From positions 77,114 to 141,113 of the forward strand of contig JAQTPW010000001.1 of NCBI GenBank assembly GCA_028712565.1: a stretch of 64,000 nucleotides of DNA. The letters are read 5' to 3'. Source of the stretch: Minisyncoccota bacterium. Its GTDB lineage: Bacteria > Patescibacteriota > Minisyncoccia > Minisyncoccales > JAQTPW01. Below are positions 17,961 through 27,626 of the stretch, piece after piece. Made by a program: the position numbers and the translations under genes. How positions within the stretch are numbered: the stretch's first letter is position 1; each line of letters starts with the position of its first letter. The notes under the pieces are model-generated. The model did not search any database, was not told the DNA's origin, and saw only the letters and a program-made list of their open reading frames with translations.

Positions 17961-19520
17961 CTAAAATTTTTCCGACGCTTCTTTTAATCTTTTTAAAACT
18001 TTTTCCTTTCCTAAAATTTCTGCGACTTCAAAAGGCCCGGCAGATGCCTGTTTTCCGGTAAGGGCTGCCCTAAGAGGCCAAAGAGTTTTTCCCCTATCCC
18101 CTGCCCTTTCAGCTTCGGGCAATATTTTAGTTTCCAAATTTTCCCGCGACCATTCTTCTTGAGGAATTTCAGAAATTATTTTTTCCAAATTTTCCAAAGA
18201 AATTTTTATTTCAGAATCTGACATTTCTTTCCATTTCAGCAAATTTTTGTCATAATCTAATTTTTCTTTGAAGAAAAAATCAGTGAGTTCGGAAATTTCC
18301 GACAGCTTTTTTAATCTTTCTTTGTAAATGGAAATAATTTTTTGCAGAGTTTCCAAGGTTATTTCTTCTCCAGTTTCAATAGCTTTATAGCGCAATAAAA
18401 TTTCTTTTGCCCCATAAGCTGGCGGATATTGTTCGGTTTTGAAAATCGGTTGGATAAAATTAGCATCGATAAAATATGGGATTGAGAGTTCGGTAATTTT
18501 TTCCAAAGATCTTTCCCGGATATAAAACCCATTTAGAAAATCTAATCTTTTTGTATTAAAAATAGCTCCTGCTTTTTGGACTTTTTCCAGAGAAAATTCT
18601 TTGATTAAAGAATTCATCGAATAAATTTCCCTTTCGGTTCCCGGATTCCAGCCCAAAAAAACCATAAAATTAACCAGAGCTTCGGGCAAATATCCTTGTT
18701 TCTTGTATTCAGAAACCGCAGTGGCGCCGTGGCGCTTTGAGAGTTTTGACCGGTCTTGCCCTAGAATCATCGGCAAATGGGCGTATTGCACTTTTGGAAA
18801 TTCCAGGGCCTCTTGGATTAAAATTTGCTTTGGCGTATTCGGGATATGGTCATCGCCTCTTATTACATGAGAAATTTTCATTTCGTAATCATCAATAACT
18901 CCGGCCAAAATAAACAAAGGATATCTTAAATTTTTAGCAATGACTATATCGCCGGAAAGCGACATGTCAAATTCCAGATCTCCCTTGATAATATCTTTAA
19001 AATCAACTTTTTTAGGATTTACCTTAAAGCGAATAACGCAGGGTTTTTTATTTATTAAATTTTCCTCTACTTCTTCTTTTGATAAATTTTTGCATTTTCC
19101 TGAATATTTTGGCGCTTCTCCCCGGCTTAGCTGGTATTGCCTTTGGGCTTCCAGGTCTTCTTCGGTGCAAAAACAGTAATACGCATTTCCGTCCGCTAAA
19201 AGTTTTTTTATGTATTTTTCATAAATATCCAATCTTTCTCTTTGCCTGTAGGGTCCAAAATTTCCGCCGACATCCGGGCCCTCGTCATGATGAATGCCCA
19301 GCCATTTCAAGCTTTCTAAAATATCTTTATCATATTCTGATTTTGATCTTTCAATGTCGGTATCTTCAATCCTTAAAATATATTTGCCATTATTTTGTTT
19401 TGCAAAAAGATAATTAAAGAGTGCGACTCTGCTTCCACCAATATGCAAAAATCCCGTTGGAGAGGGCGCGTAGCGGACCCGGATTTCATTTTGAGTTGAA
19501 AGTTTAAAATCTTCAGCCAT
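17961..19520 (-). CDS. gltX: Glutamate--tRNA ligase
   Basis: RYAPSPTGFLHIG and KLSKR motifs. Confidence 0.97.
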   Translation of the reverse strand: MAEDFKLSTQNEIRVRYAPSPTGFLHIGGSRVALFNYLFAKQNNGKYILRIEDTDIERSKSEYDKDILESLKWLGIHHDEGPDVGGNFGPYRQRERLDIYEKYIKKLLADGNAYYCFCTEEDLEAQRQYQLSRGEAPKYSGKCKNLSKEEVEENLINKKPCVIRFKVNPKKVDFKDIIKGDLEFDMSLSGDIVIAKNLRYPLFILAGVIDDYEMKISHVIRGDDHIPNTPKQILIQEALEFPKVQYAHLPMILGQDRSKLSKRHGATAVSEYKKQGYLPEALVNFMVFLGWNPGTEREIYSMNSLIKEFSLEKVQKAGAIFNTKRLDFLNGFYIRERSLEKITELSIPYFIDANFIQPIFKTEQYPPAYGAKEILLRYKAIETGEEITLETLQKIISIYKERLKKLSEISELTDFFFKEKLDYDKNLLKWKEMSDSEIKISLENLEKIISEIPQEEWSRENLETKILPEAERAGDRGKTLWPLRAALTGKQASAGPFEVAEILGKEKVLKRLKEASEKF

Positions 19521-19521
19521 G

Positions 19522-20649
19522 CTATTTTAAATATTCTAATAAATATCCGGCAATTGTTTTGCTTGCCTGGGGTTTGGCAAATTCCAAAGCCGCCTTTTGC
19601 ATATTTTTCATTTCTTCAGGCCTCATTATCAGGAATTTTAATTTGTCTAAGAAAAAATGCGGGGCTAAATTCGATTCTTCAATTACCAAGCCGGCGCCGC
19701 TTTCGGCATAGATATACGCATTTTTTAGCTGGTGTTCTTGTGCGGATTCGGAAAGCGGAATTAAAATACAAGGTTTTCCAACGCTGGCAATTTCAAATAT
19801 GCTGCCAGATCCTGCCCGGCTGACAATAATTTCTGCCGCCGCATAAGCTGTTTTCATTTCGTCTTCATCCAGAAACGGAAAGATGTGATAGTATTTTCCC
19901 AAATCTTCGGTAACCATAATTGGGCTTTCGGTTTTAACTTGTAAAAAATTTTTTTCGCCGCATTGGTGGATAATTTCAAATTCTTTCAGAAGATATGGCA
20001 GAATTTCAATAACAGTATCATTTATTTTTTGCGCGCCCTGACTTCCTCCCAATATTAAAACCAGTGGTTTGTCGCCTGAGAGATTAAACATTTTTTGCGC
20101 ATTTTCCGGATTTCCGTCAAGAATTTCTTTTCTTATCGGGTTTCCAACCAAGATCACTCTTTTAAAAGGCTGTGGCTCCCCTTTTTTTATCGGAAAAGAA
20201 ATAAAAACTTCGGAAGCAAAAAAACTTAGAAACTTATTTGCAAGCCCCGGCGTTGCGTCAGATTCATGCAGGAAAATCGGAACTCTTAAAATCCAGCCGG
20301 AAATTACCGCAGGCAAAGATCCATACCCGCCTTTGCTAAAAATTACGTCGGGAGTCAAAACAAAAATATAAAGGAATGCCTGTAAAATTCCGATTGGGGC
20401 TTTGATAAAGATATCAATGATATTTTCAAAGAAACTTTTAAATCCCCAATACCTTCTGATTTTTCCCGCCAAAATAGTTTCTTTATGGATATTTTCTTTT
20501 AATAAAAAATCTGAACTGAATTTATCTTTTGGCCCAAGAAAATAAAACTTGATGTCATCTTTTGCATGCATTTTTTTAATTTCCCGGGTAATTGCGATTA
20601 TCGGAGCTATATGTCCGGCAGTGCCGCCGCCGGTAAATAAAATTTTCAT
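19522..20649 (-). CDS. murG: Lipid I N-acetylglucosaminyltransferase
   Basis: TGGGTAGH, KGGY, GNPIR, GGSQGA and RAGS..HQ..NA motifs. Confidence 0.96.
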   Translation of the reverse strand: MKILFTGGGTAGHIAPIIAITREIKKMHAKDDIKFYFLGPKDKFSSDFLLKENIHKETILAGKIRRYWGFKSFFENIIDIFIKAPIGILQAFLYIFVLTPDVIFSKGGYGSLPAVISGWILRVPIFLHESDATPGLANKFLSFFASEVFISFPIKKGEPQPFKRVILVGNPIRKEILDGNPENAQKMFNLSGDKPLVLILGGSQGAQKINDTVIEILPYLLKEFEIIHQCGEKNFLQVKTESPIMVTEDLGKYYHIFPFLDEDEMKTAYAAAEIIVSRAGSGSIFEIASVGKPCILIPLSESAQEHQLKNAYIYAESGAGLVIEESNLAPHFFLDKLKFLIMRPEEMKNMQKAALEFAKPQASKTIAGYLLEYLK

Positions 20650-20656
20650 ATAAGGT

Positions 20657-21778
20657 TTATGATGATTTTGAAATATTAAGCAGTATTCCTACGCCGATTA
20701 ATTCCGAAACCAAGGCAGAGCCGCCATAACTTATAAACGGCAAAGGAACTCCGGCCAAGGGCAAAAGCCCAACCATAGATCCGATATTAATTACTGCCTG
20801 AATTAAAATCCAAGAAGTGATTCCAAAGGCCAACAGTTGGGAAAATTGATTTTGCCCGCTTTTTCCGATTTTAAATCCTTGGACCAAAAATGTCAAAAAA
20901 AGGAGAATGAAAATCGCAGCGCCTATGAATCCAGTTTCTTCGGCCAATATTGCAAAAATTGAATCGGACATGGGTTCGGGCAAAAAGCCAAATTGCTGGC
21001 GGGATATTCCCAAACCCAAACCAAAGATTCCTCCAGAGCCAATTGTAATTAATGCTTGTTTTGCCTGATAGCCCAAACCCATAGGGCTGGTTTCCGGTTT
21101 TAAAAATACTAAAAGCCGATTGGCGCGGTAAGGGGCGATTTTTATTGCCAAAAATAATATGCCAATGCCGAATAAAATCAGGAAAATTGTGTGCAATACC
21201 GGCGTTCCGGACAGAAAATACATAATAGCCGCAACCGTAGCAATGACTCCCAAAGTGCTGATGTCTGGCTGAAAAAATAGAAGTATGCCTATAACCCCAA
21301 CAACCGCCAGAAATGCAATTAAAGTTTTGCTGAAATCTTTTGGAGATTTTTTTTGGCTGATTTTTTCATGCTGGGCAGAAAGCCATGCCGCCAAATAAAT
21401 AATAAAGGTTAATTTTAAAAATTCCGAGGGCTGGAGGGAAAATATTCTAAAATTTAGCCAGCGGCTTGCTCCTCCTAAAGTGGTTCCAATTTTTGGCAAA
21501 AAAACCATTGCCAATAAAATTAGATTTATTAAAAGCGCAACCCAAACCCATTTTTTTATGAAATTCAAATCAATTCTATAAGCGACAAAACCCAGCAGGA
21601 CTCCCGGGATTATCCCATAAAAAATTTGGTGGTTTAAATAGTGGTAAGTATTTCCAAATTTGTCTAAAGAAATTGAAGCCGAAACACTGGATAATACTAA
21701 AATCCCAAAAGTTAATATCGCCAAAGTCACTCCCAATAAAATAAAGTCAGGTTTTTTGTAATTGGTATTTTTGGGCAT
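20657..21778 (-). CDS. ftsW: SEDS-family peptidoglycan polymerase FtsW
   Basis: SRW, QPSEF.K, QPD and PFISYGGS motifs; next to murG. Confidence 0.92.
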   Translation of the reverse strand: MPKNTNYKKPDFILLGVTLAILTFGILVLSSVSASISLDKFGNTYHYLNHQIFYGIIPGVLLGFVAYRIDLNFIKKWVWVALLINLILLAMVFLPKIGTTLGGASRWLNFRIFSLQPSEFLKLTFIIYLAAWLSAQHEKISQKKSPKDFSKTLIAFLAVVGVIGILLFFQPDISTLGVIATVAAIMYFLSGTPVLHTIFLILFGIGILFLAIKIAPYRANRLLVFLKPETSPMGLGYQAKQALITIGSGGIFGLGLGISRQQFGFLPEPMSDSIFAILAEETGFIGAAIFILLFLTFLVQGFKIGKSGQNQFSQLLAFGITSWILIQAVINIGSMVGLLPLAGVPLPFISYGGSALVSELIGVGILLNISKSS

Positions 21779-21934
21779 CCCAGTATATCAACTTCCAGTG
21801 CCAGACGTCTGTTGGCATTGGTATTTATATTTAATTAATCTTAAACCCAGAGATCTCCTTATGTGCCTTTTGTTATTTTTCTGGCTTTCCAGAACATATA
21901 CATAGAAGAACACGCTGGAAGTTGTATTACTGGG
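21779..21934 (-). mobile_element. TIR-bounded element (156 bp) with a GIY-YIG-like remnant, between murD and ftsW
   Basis: 20-bp ends 21779-21798 and 21915-21934 are 17/20 inverted; ATG is duplicated on both sides; the internal frame reads VFFYVYVLESQKNNKRHI. Confidence 0.7.
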
Positions 21935-23195
21935 CATACTTTTTTACAAATTTTTTGAATAAGTCCCCTTTTTCTTGATAATCGCGGAAAATGCTAAAAC
22001 TAGTAGAGGCGCAGGATAATAAAGCGATTTTTCCTTTTTCTGTGACGCTGTAGGCAATTTTTACCGCATCTTCCATATTATCGACAAAAAAATGTTGCGG
22101 TACGTGTTCGCTATGGGATTGCCGGAGGATTTCGCGCCAAATTTTTTCGCCCGTTGTCGGAAATAAAATCAAATTTTTTATATTTTTATTTTTTAAAATT
22201 TCTTTTGCTAATTTTTTAAAATCTATATTTCGGTCAAAACCGCCCAAAAAAATCGTCTGGACATCTTTTCCAAGTTTTTCAATTGCAAAAATGGCAGTTT
22301 CAGGAATTGTTGATAAGGCATCGTTATAAAAAGTGATGCCTTTATAAGTTCCAACCAATTCCAACCTGTGAGGAAGGGATTTGAATCCATTAATCGCTTT
22401 TTCAATAATTTTTTCGGGAATTTCGAATATCTTTCCGACTTGCCGTGCCGCATTTTTATCTAAATCATAATACTCCCCTTTTATCGGAATTTTTTTTGCT
22501 TTCGATTTTTTGGCAAATTCTTTTATAAGCTTATCTTCTGAATTATAAACTAAATAATCGCCCTTTTTTTGATACAGGGTGATATTTGCTTTAGATCGGG
22601 CGTATTCTTGGAAATTTCTATAATAATCTAAATGTTCGTGAAAAATATTTAAAAAAACAGCAATATGGGGAGATTTTTTGAGATTACATAGCTGATGGCT
22701 GGAAAGTTCGTAAACATAAACTTCTTTTTTGGTGGCATTTTTAAGGAAATTTAAAACTGGCGTTCCGATATTCCCAACCAAATGCGCAGGAATTCCAGCT
22801 TCTTTTAGAATTGCGTAGATCAAAGACGTGGTTGTGCTTTTTCCTTTAGTTCCCGTAATGCCGACAATTTGTCCGGGACAATTTTCAAAAAAAATATCGG
22901 TTTGAGTTTTTATTTTTTTTAATGCAGATTTTGGCAAAATTTTAAAAGGAATTCCCGGAGATTTAATAACGATATCGTAATTTTTCAACGAACTAAGATA
23001 ATCTTTTCCAACGTGTAGTTGTACGTTTTTATCTTTTATCTTTAATCTTAAATCTTTAATCTGATCTGCGACGCCGATTATTTTCTTTGGAAACAACTTT
23101 CTCAAAAACAAAAAAGTATCCTGTCCTTCTCTGCCAAAACCGAGAATCGCAATTCTCGCCCCGTACCAATTTTGCCATAGCTTTTTTATATCCAT
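21927..23195 (-). CDS. murD: UDP-MurNAc-L-Ala--glutamate ligase (probably MurD2 type)
   Basis: GFGREG, KSPGI, GITGTKGKSTT, ELSS, HRLE and NDALST motifs. Confidence 0.92.
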   Translation of the reverse strand: MDIKKLWQNWYGARIAILGFGREGQDTFLFLRKLFPKKIIGVADQIKDLRLKIKDKNVQLHVGKDYLSSLKNYDIVIKSPGIPFKILPKSALKKIKTQTDIFFENCPGQIVGITGTKGKSTTTSLIYAILKEAGIPAHLVGNIGTPVLNFLKNATKKEVYVYELSSHQLCNLKKSPHIAVFLNIFHEHLDYYRNFQEYARSKANITLYQKKGDYLVYNSEDKLIKEFAKKSKAKKIPIKGEYYDLDKNAARQVGKIFEIPEKIIEKAINGFKSLPHRLELVGTYKGITFYNDALSTIPETAIFAIEKLGKDVQTIFLGGFDRNIDFKKLAKEILKNKNIKNLILFPTTGEKIWREILRQSHSEHVPQHFFVDNMEDAVKIAYSVTEKGKIALLSCASTSFSIFRDYQEKGDLFKKFVKKYAQ

Positions 23196-23287
23196 ATATT
23201 TAAAAATAACATAAATTTTGACCTTTTTGAAATTAAAAACCCCCTCGAGCTACGAGAGGGTTACGAATTGTTTTACGGTATTTAATA

Positions 23288-24022
23288 TTAGATTTTCGTG
23301 GTAGGATAAAGTCCCAAGATTTTTGCTTCTTTTTCCATGGCTTCGATTAAGGTATTTAGCTGATACCTTCTTTTCTGGTACATTTCGAAGTCATCTTCAA
23401 CAGCCGTTTGTTCTGCGGGATGGATATAATTTACTTCCACCCCGATTACTTTTTTTCCATCTTTAATTGCTCGAAGGACTGGAATAAATATGGAGTCCCA
23501 TTGGTCTCCGTATTCTCCTTTGTAGTTCAAGAAGTAGGGCGCAATTTCCGGTCTGAAAATTCTGGGCCCTGACCAAGCATCCAGGACCCGGCCGGTAAGC
23601 AAACGGAATGCTTCATTTCCCAGCCATTCAAAGTGCTGCTGGATTAATGGATAAGAGCTTAAACTTCTTCTTTTCGGAATAACGAGATCGGCAATCCCGG
23701 CGGTTATTGGTTCGATAAGTTTAGCAAGATATGGGACGAGCGGTGCTTTTTCTGGTTCCATCCATATTATAACCCCATTAGTCCCAGTTAAGTCATTTGC
23801 GAGTTGAATTGCGATGCGTCTGCCTACACCCATTCCCGTTGCCGAATCTGCAACTTTTGCCCCATATTTGCGGAAAATATCTTTTATTTCCGGGGGCGAG
23901 TTGTCGACAACGATAATCTCGTAACCTAACTCGCTAGCTTGTTTTACGGTTTCTATCGCAAGTTTTGCGCGAACATCTTGCAGGGCTTTGTACATCGTGG
24001 TCGTAGCAATAACTGCGGCCAT
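23288..24022 (-). CDS. Glycosyltransferase family 2-like protein
   Basis: IIVVDNS, G.G.GRR and ADLVIP motifs; own SD (GGAGG) and a downstream hairpin near 23237-23262. Confidence 0.7.
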   Translation of the reverse strand: MAAVIATTTMYKALQDVRAKLAIETVKQASELGYEIIVVDNSPPEIKDIFRKYGAKVADSATGMGVGRRIAIQLANDLTGTNGVIIWMEPEKAPLVPYLAKLIEPITAGIADLVIPKRRSLSSYPLIQQHFEWLGNEAFRLLTGRVLDAWSGPRIFRPEIAPYFLNYKGEYGDQWDSIFIPVLRAIKDGKKVIGVEVNYIHPAEQTAVEDDFEMYQKRRYQLNTLIEAMEKEAKILGLYPTTKI

Positions 24023-24078
24023 TTAATCCTCCTTCTTTCCCTATTTTGCTGATAAATTACCTCGTTAGTTATAACAGA

Positions 24079-25395
24079 TTATCTTAATTTTGTCAAAAGG
24101 AAGGGCACTTTTCCTAATTTTTTTGCTTTTTCAAGGCAAAATTGAAATGCTTTCTTGCTTTCTTTTTTTGTGCCGACGCATTCAAAGGGTTTTATACTCC
24201 CCTGCCCTAGCAGGCCTTTCATTGTCGGAAGCAAACTTTTATTTACAAAAATATCTTTCCCAAAAATTTTTATTAAATCCTTTTCTTTTAAATACGGATA
24301 TAAACTCATATAAACAAAAAGGCATTTCGGGCAATTCCCGCACCAACGCTCCTTTGCGCGTAAAGTTCCTTGAGAATTGATTCTCATTCCGGCGTTGCAG
24401 CTGGAAAAAACGGAAAAATATTGCTGATAATTTGTCAGCATTTTGGAAATTTCGAGTTCTGAATATTTTCTTAAATAACTGAAATAATTTATATTTTTTG
24501 CCAAAAATTTTTTACAATAAATTTTGAATTTTTTTTCAAAATACGAACTTTTTGCCCATTGATGGTTGATTATTTTCCCCAGATATTTTACATTGCCCTC
24601 GTTGGCGCTTTTTTCATTGGAAAATGCGATATTTTTATAGTCGAATATTACGGCGCAAATTACGGAAATAAAAGACAATAAGGCAGTAAAAGGCGTATGG
24701 CCGTTTAAATACCCTTTTTTATTTAACTCTAAAAGTTTTTTATCAATTATTCTCTGGACTATAATTTGTTTTTTAATCCCGGAAATCTTTACGGTTTTTT
24801 GGATTTTCTCAACGGAGTTAACGGTAAATAAAGAAATTTCTTTTTTTTGTTTTTTCAAACTTTCTAAAGTAACAATTGAATCCCGGCCGCCGGCAAACGG
24901 CACCAAATACCTGTTTTTTAATTGTTTTTCATAGTTGTCCCCTATTTTCTTGCTAACAGAAATAATTTGCAAAAAATCTTTTTTCTGCCAGTCAATTTTA
25001 TTTTCGTAAAAAAATTGCCCCATTCCATCAATTATTAAATTTTTCCACCATTTAATTTGTTCAGGGTATAAAAATCCGGCCGGAATTTCAATTTCCGGAG
25101 AACAGGTGGCTTTCCAATAACTGGGAATTTCCATTAGCCCTAAGTTAAAAATTAAATTATTCAATACGCTATCCCCTATTTTGTGCAAACGTTTTTTATC
25201 AATATTTTTTATTATTATTTTTGGTTTAAAATGTATATCGGAAATCCTTCCTCGTTCTGCGGAGCTTCCGAGGACAAAGTGAAAAAAAATTTCCAAATCA
25301 TTCTTTGAAAATTTATATTCAAAACTTTTATATACAAATCTTGGGTATTTTTTCCGTAATTCTTGTAATTTGTAATTTATAATTTGTAATTTCAT
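24079..25395 (-). CDS. murL: MurL-like UDP-MurNAc-L-Ala-L-Glu epimerase
   Basis: SYWKA, GGRDS, NGHTP, SNE.SA, NHQWAKS, FSSCN, WCGNCPKC and KPFECVG motifs; lies between mraY and murD. Confidence 0.8.
   Translation of the reverse strand: MKLQIINYKLQELRKKYPRFVYKSFEYKFSKNDLEIFFHFVLGSSAERGRISDIHFKPKIIIKNIDKKRLHKIGDSVLNNLIFNLGLMEIPSYWKATCSPEIEIPAGFLYPEQIKWWKNLIIDGMGQFFYENKIDWQKKDFLQIISVSKKIGDNYEKQLKNRYLVPFAGGRDSIVTLESLKKQKKEISLFTVNSVEKIQKTVKISGIKKQIIVQRIIDKKLLELNKKGYLNGHTPFTALLSFISVICAVIFDYKNIAFSNEKSANEGNVKYLGKIINHQWAKSSYFEKKFKIYCKKFLAKNINYFSYLRKYSELEISKMLTNYQQYFSVFSSCNAGMRINSQGTLRAKERWCGNCPKCLFVYMSLYPYLKEKDLIKIFGKDIFVNKSLLPTMKGLLGQGSIKPFECVGTKKESKKAFQFCLEKAKKLGKVPFLLTKLR
25249..25278 (+). repeat. 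30-bp REP-like palindrome in frame within murL
   Basis: TCC-TCG-TTC-TGCGGA-GCTTC-CGA-GGA-CAAA; same architecture as the units at 37423-37485. Confidence 0.6.
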
Positions 25396-26513
25396 TATAA
25401 TAATCTTATTGCCACACCAATGACTGCCAAAATTACGCTAATTATCCAAAAGCGCATTGTAACCTTATAAGACGGCCAGCCCTTTGCCTCAAAATGGTGG
25501 TGAATCGGAGTGGAAAGCCAGATTTTTTTGTGGCGGAATTTTTTAGATAACAATTGCAATATAATAGATCCCACTTCCAATACTAAAATTCCGGCGATAA
25601 TCGGCAAGACAACAACCGAATCTGTTAAAAAGGCAACAACAGTCATAGTTGAGGTCAATCCCAGAATTCCGGTTTCTGACATAAAAAATCTGGCAGGAGG
25701 TATGTTAAACCATAAAAAGGTAAATAAGGCGCCGACAATTGCTAGGCAAAATGTGGCTAAATCAAATTTTCCGGTAGCTAACGCCATATTTCCTGAGGCC
25801 AAAGCCGACTGTCCTTGTGAAAAAGCAATAATTGAAAAAGCGCCAAAAATTGTGGCAAAAACTCCGCCGGCCAATCCATCCAAGCCATCGACAACTCCGC
25901 CTGACCAGGAAGCCAGCATTACCAAAATAAATAAAGGTATTATCCAAATGCCGATTGTAAAATCAACGCCTTGAGGGAAATTTCCTATCAAAGGGATATG
26001 AATTGTTTTCCAGCCCAGCAGAAAATAAAACCACAGCCCCCCAATTAAACCTATTAAAAAAACGAATGATAATCTGCGCTTGAAGCTCATTCCTCCGCCA
26101 ATATATTTTCCCTTTCCAAAAACAGTCAATGCGTCGTCAATCAAGCCCACAATAGAACCGGCGACCAAAGCAAAGAGCGGCAGCCAAGTTCCGCTTCGTG
26201 ATAAAAAGTTAATTTTTTTAAGCCACCAAGGATTTGGAAAAAATGAAAGGCCAAAAAATAAAAATATTACCAATAAAACCGAAATCCAAATTAACAAACC
26301 GCCGCCCCTTGGAGTCCCAACTTCTTTTTCTTTATGCAGAGAATAAAAAATATTTGCCTGCTCTCCGGTAATTGTTTTTGCCCTAGCTTCCTTTTTCCAA
26401 AACTTAAATTTGTATAAAAGCTTTATCAAAAAAGGAGCCAGCAGAAAAGACAAAGATGCGGTAATTGCCGCAATGGAAAAAAATTTTATTACGTTAAAAG
26501 TAAAAAGCGTCAT
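25395..26513 (-). CDS. mraY: Phospho-N-acetylmuramoyl-pentapeptide transferase
   Basis: TPRGGG, GLIDD, DGLDGL, FNIPPARFFM, PIHHHFE and RFW motifs; start moved to the ATG at 26513. Confidence 0.93.
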   Translation of the reverse strand: MTLFTFNVIKFFSIAAITASLSFLLAPFLIKLLYKFKFWKKEARAKTITGEQANIFYSLHKEKEVGTPRGGGLLIWISVLLVIFLFFGLSFFPNPWWLKKINFLSRSGTWLPLFALVAGSIVGLIDDALTVFGKGKYIGGGMSFKRRLSFVFLIGLIGGLWFYFLLGWKTIHIPLIGNFPQGVDFTIGIWIIPLFILVMLASWSGGVVDGLDGLAGGVFATIFGAFSIIAFSQGQSALASGNMALATGKFDLATFCLAIVGALFTFLWFNIPPARFFMSETGILGLTSTMTVVAFLTDSVVVLPIIAGILVLEVGSIILQLLSKKFRHKKIWLSTPIHHHFEAKGWPSYKVTMRFWIISVILAVIGVAIRLL

Positions 26514-26518
26514 GAAAA

Positions 26519-27619
26519 TTATTTTGCTAAATTTGAATTCCAAACTTCATTAACCCATTTCCAGCTTGCATCCATGCCGCCGAAAAACCAGATTTTATCT
26601 TGAAAAACCAATGCGGTTATATCTTCTCTGCCAAGCCATATGGGATCTTCTTTTGTTTTTTGCCAATTTATTCCATCGGCAGAATACCAAATATCATTTG
26701 CGCCTCCGTTTATAGCATCATTAAATCTTCCAATTACCCAGAGGTAATTTTTATATGCAACAGAACCAAATCCCTGCCGCGTCTGCCAAGGAGCACTTTC
26801 AGAAACCTGCGTCCAGCTTATTCCGTCTTCAGAATTCCAAACGTCATTATATATTTTATTATTCAAATCCATTCCGCCCAATAACCAAAGTTTTCCGGAA
26901 AATTCCACAACTTCATGATCCCAGCGGCCTTCCCAAGCCGCATTGGAAGTTGCTTGGATCCAATTGATTCCGTCTTCAGAATACCAGACATCGTTTTTTG
27001 TAATTCCTAAATCATATCTTACGCCGCCCAATATCCAGAGCTTGTCTTTAAAAACTACCAATTGATGTCCTTCTCTGCCCTGCCATGCGGCATTGGAAGC
27101 TTCCATTCGCCAATTTATTCCATCCGTACTTGACCAAATGTCGTTTGCACAGCCAATTGCCGGCCCCCAGCCGCCTATTAACCAAAGCTTGTCTTTAAAA
27201 ACCGCGAGCTGAATAGATCTTCTTTTTCCCCAAGGGGCGTCTTGAGTAATTAGCTGCCAATCTTTTCCATTTTCAGAAGCCCATACGTCGCTAAAATGCG
27301 GCGCTCTCCAATATTGAACCATATTAGGGGCCAAAATACTGTCATTTCCATCCAGACCGCCCATTAGCCAAAGTTTGTCTTTAAAAACTATAGCCGAATA
27401 TGAATCGCGGGCTTCCCAAGCCGCATTTGACGTTGCCATTTCCCAAGTTAGCAAGCCCGGGTCAAAAATATTTTCCTTTTCATTGTTTTTTTTCTCGGAT
27501 TTTTGCCCGGGAAAAATTTGGATTTCGTTTGTTTTTTTAATTAAAAAAACTCCTGCGGAGATTAGTATTAGAAACAAAGCTGAAATTGCCAGTTTTTGCA
27601 AAAAACTTTTTGAACTCAT
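26519..27619 (-). CDS. Membrane-anchored Kelch-like beta-propeller protein
   Basis: N-terminal TM; six repeats of W..R....VFKDKLWL.GG...NDVW.S.DG.NW. Confidence 0.85.
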   Translation of the reverse strand: MSSKSFLQKLAISALFLILISAGVFLIKKTNEIQIFPGQKSEKKNNEKENIFDPGLLTWEMATSNAAWEARDSYSAIVFKDKLWLMGGLDGNDSILAPNMVQYWRAPHFSDVWASENGKDWQLITQDAPWGKRRSIQLAVFKDKLWLIGGWGPAIGCANDIWSSTDGINWRMEASNAAWQGREGHQLVVFKDKLWILGGVRYDLGITKNDVWYSEDGINWIQATSNAAWEGRWDHEVVEFSGKLWLLGGMDLNNKIYNDVWNSEDGISWTQVSESAPWQTRQGFGSVAYKNYLWVIGRFNDAINGGANDIWYSADGINWQKTKEDPIWLGREDITALVFQDKIWFFGGMDASWKWVNEVWNSNLAK

Positions 27620-27626
27620 TTTAAAA

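Noticed and set aside
25660-25700. MraY motif reads FFMSETG instead of the usual FMGD.G, suggesting inactivation
   Set aside because: The acidic residue is retained as Glu and the other catalytic motifs (DD, DGLDGL, HHH) are intact, so it is probably lineage variation.
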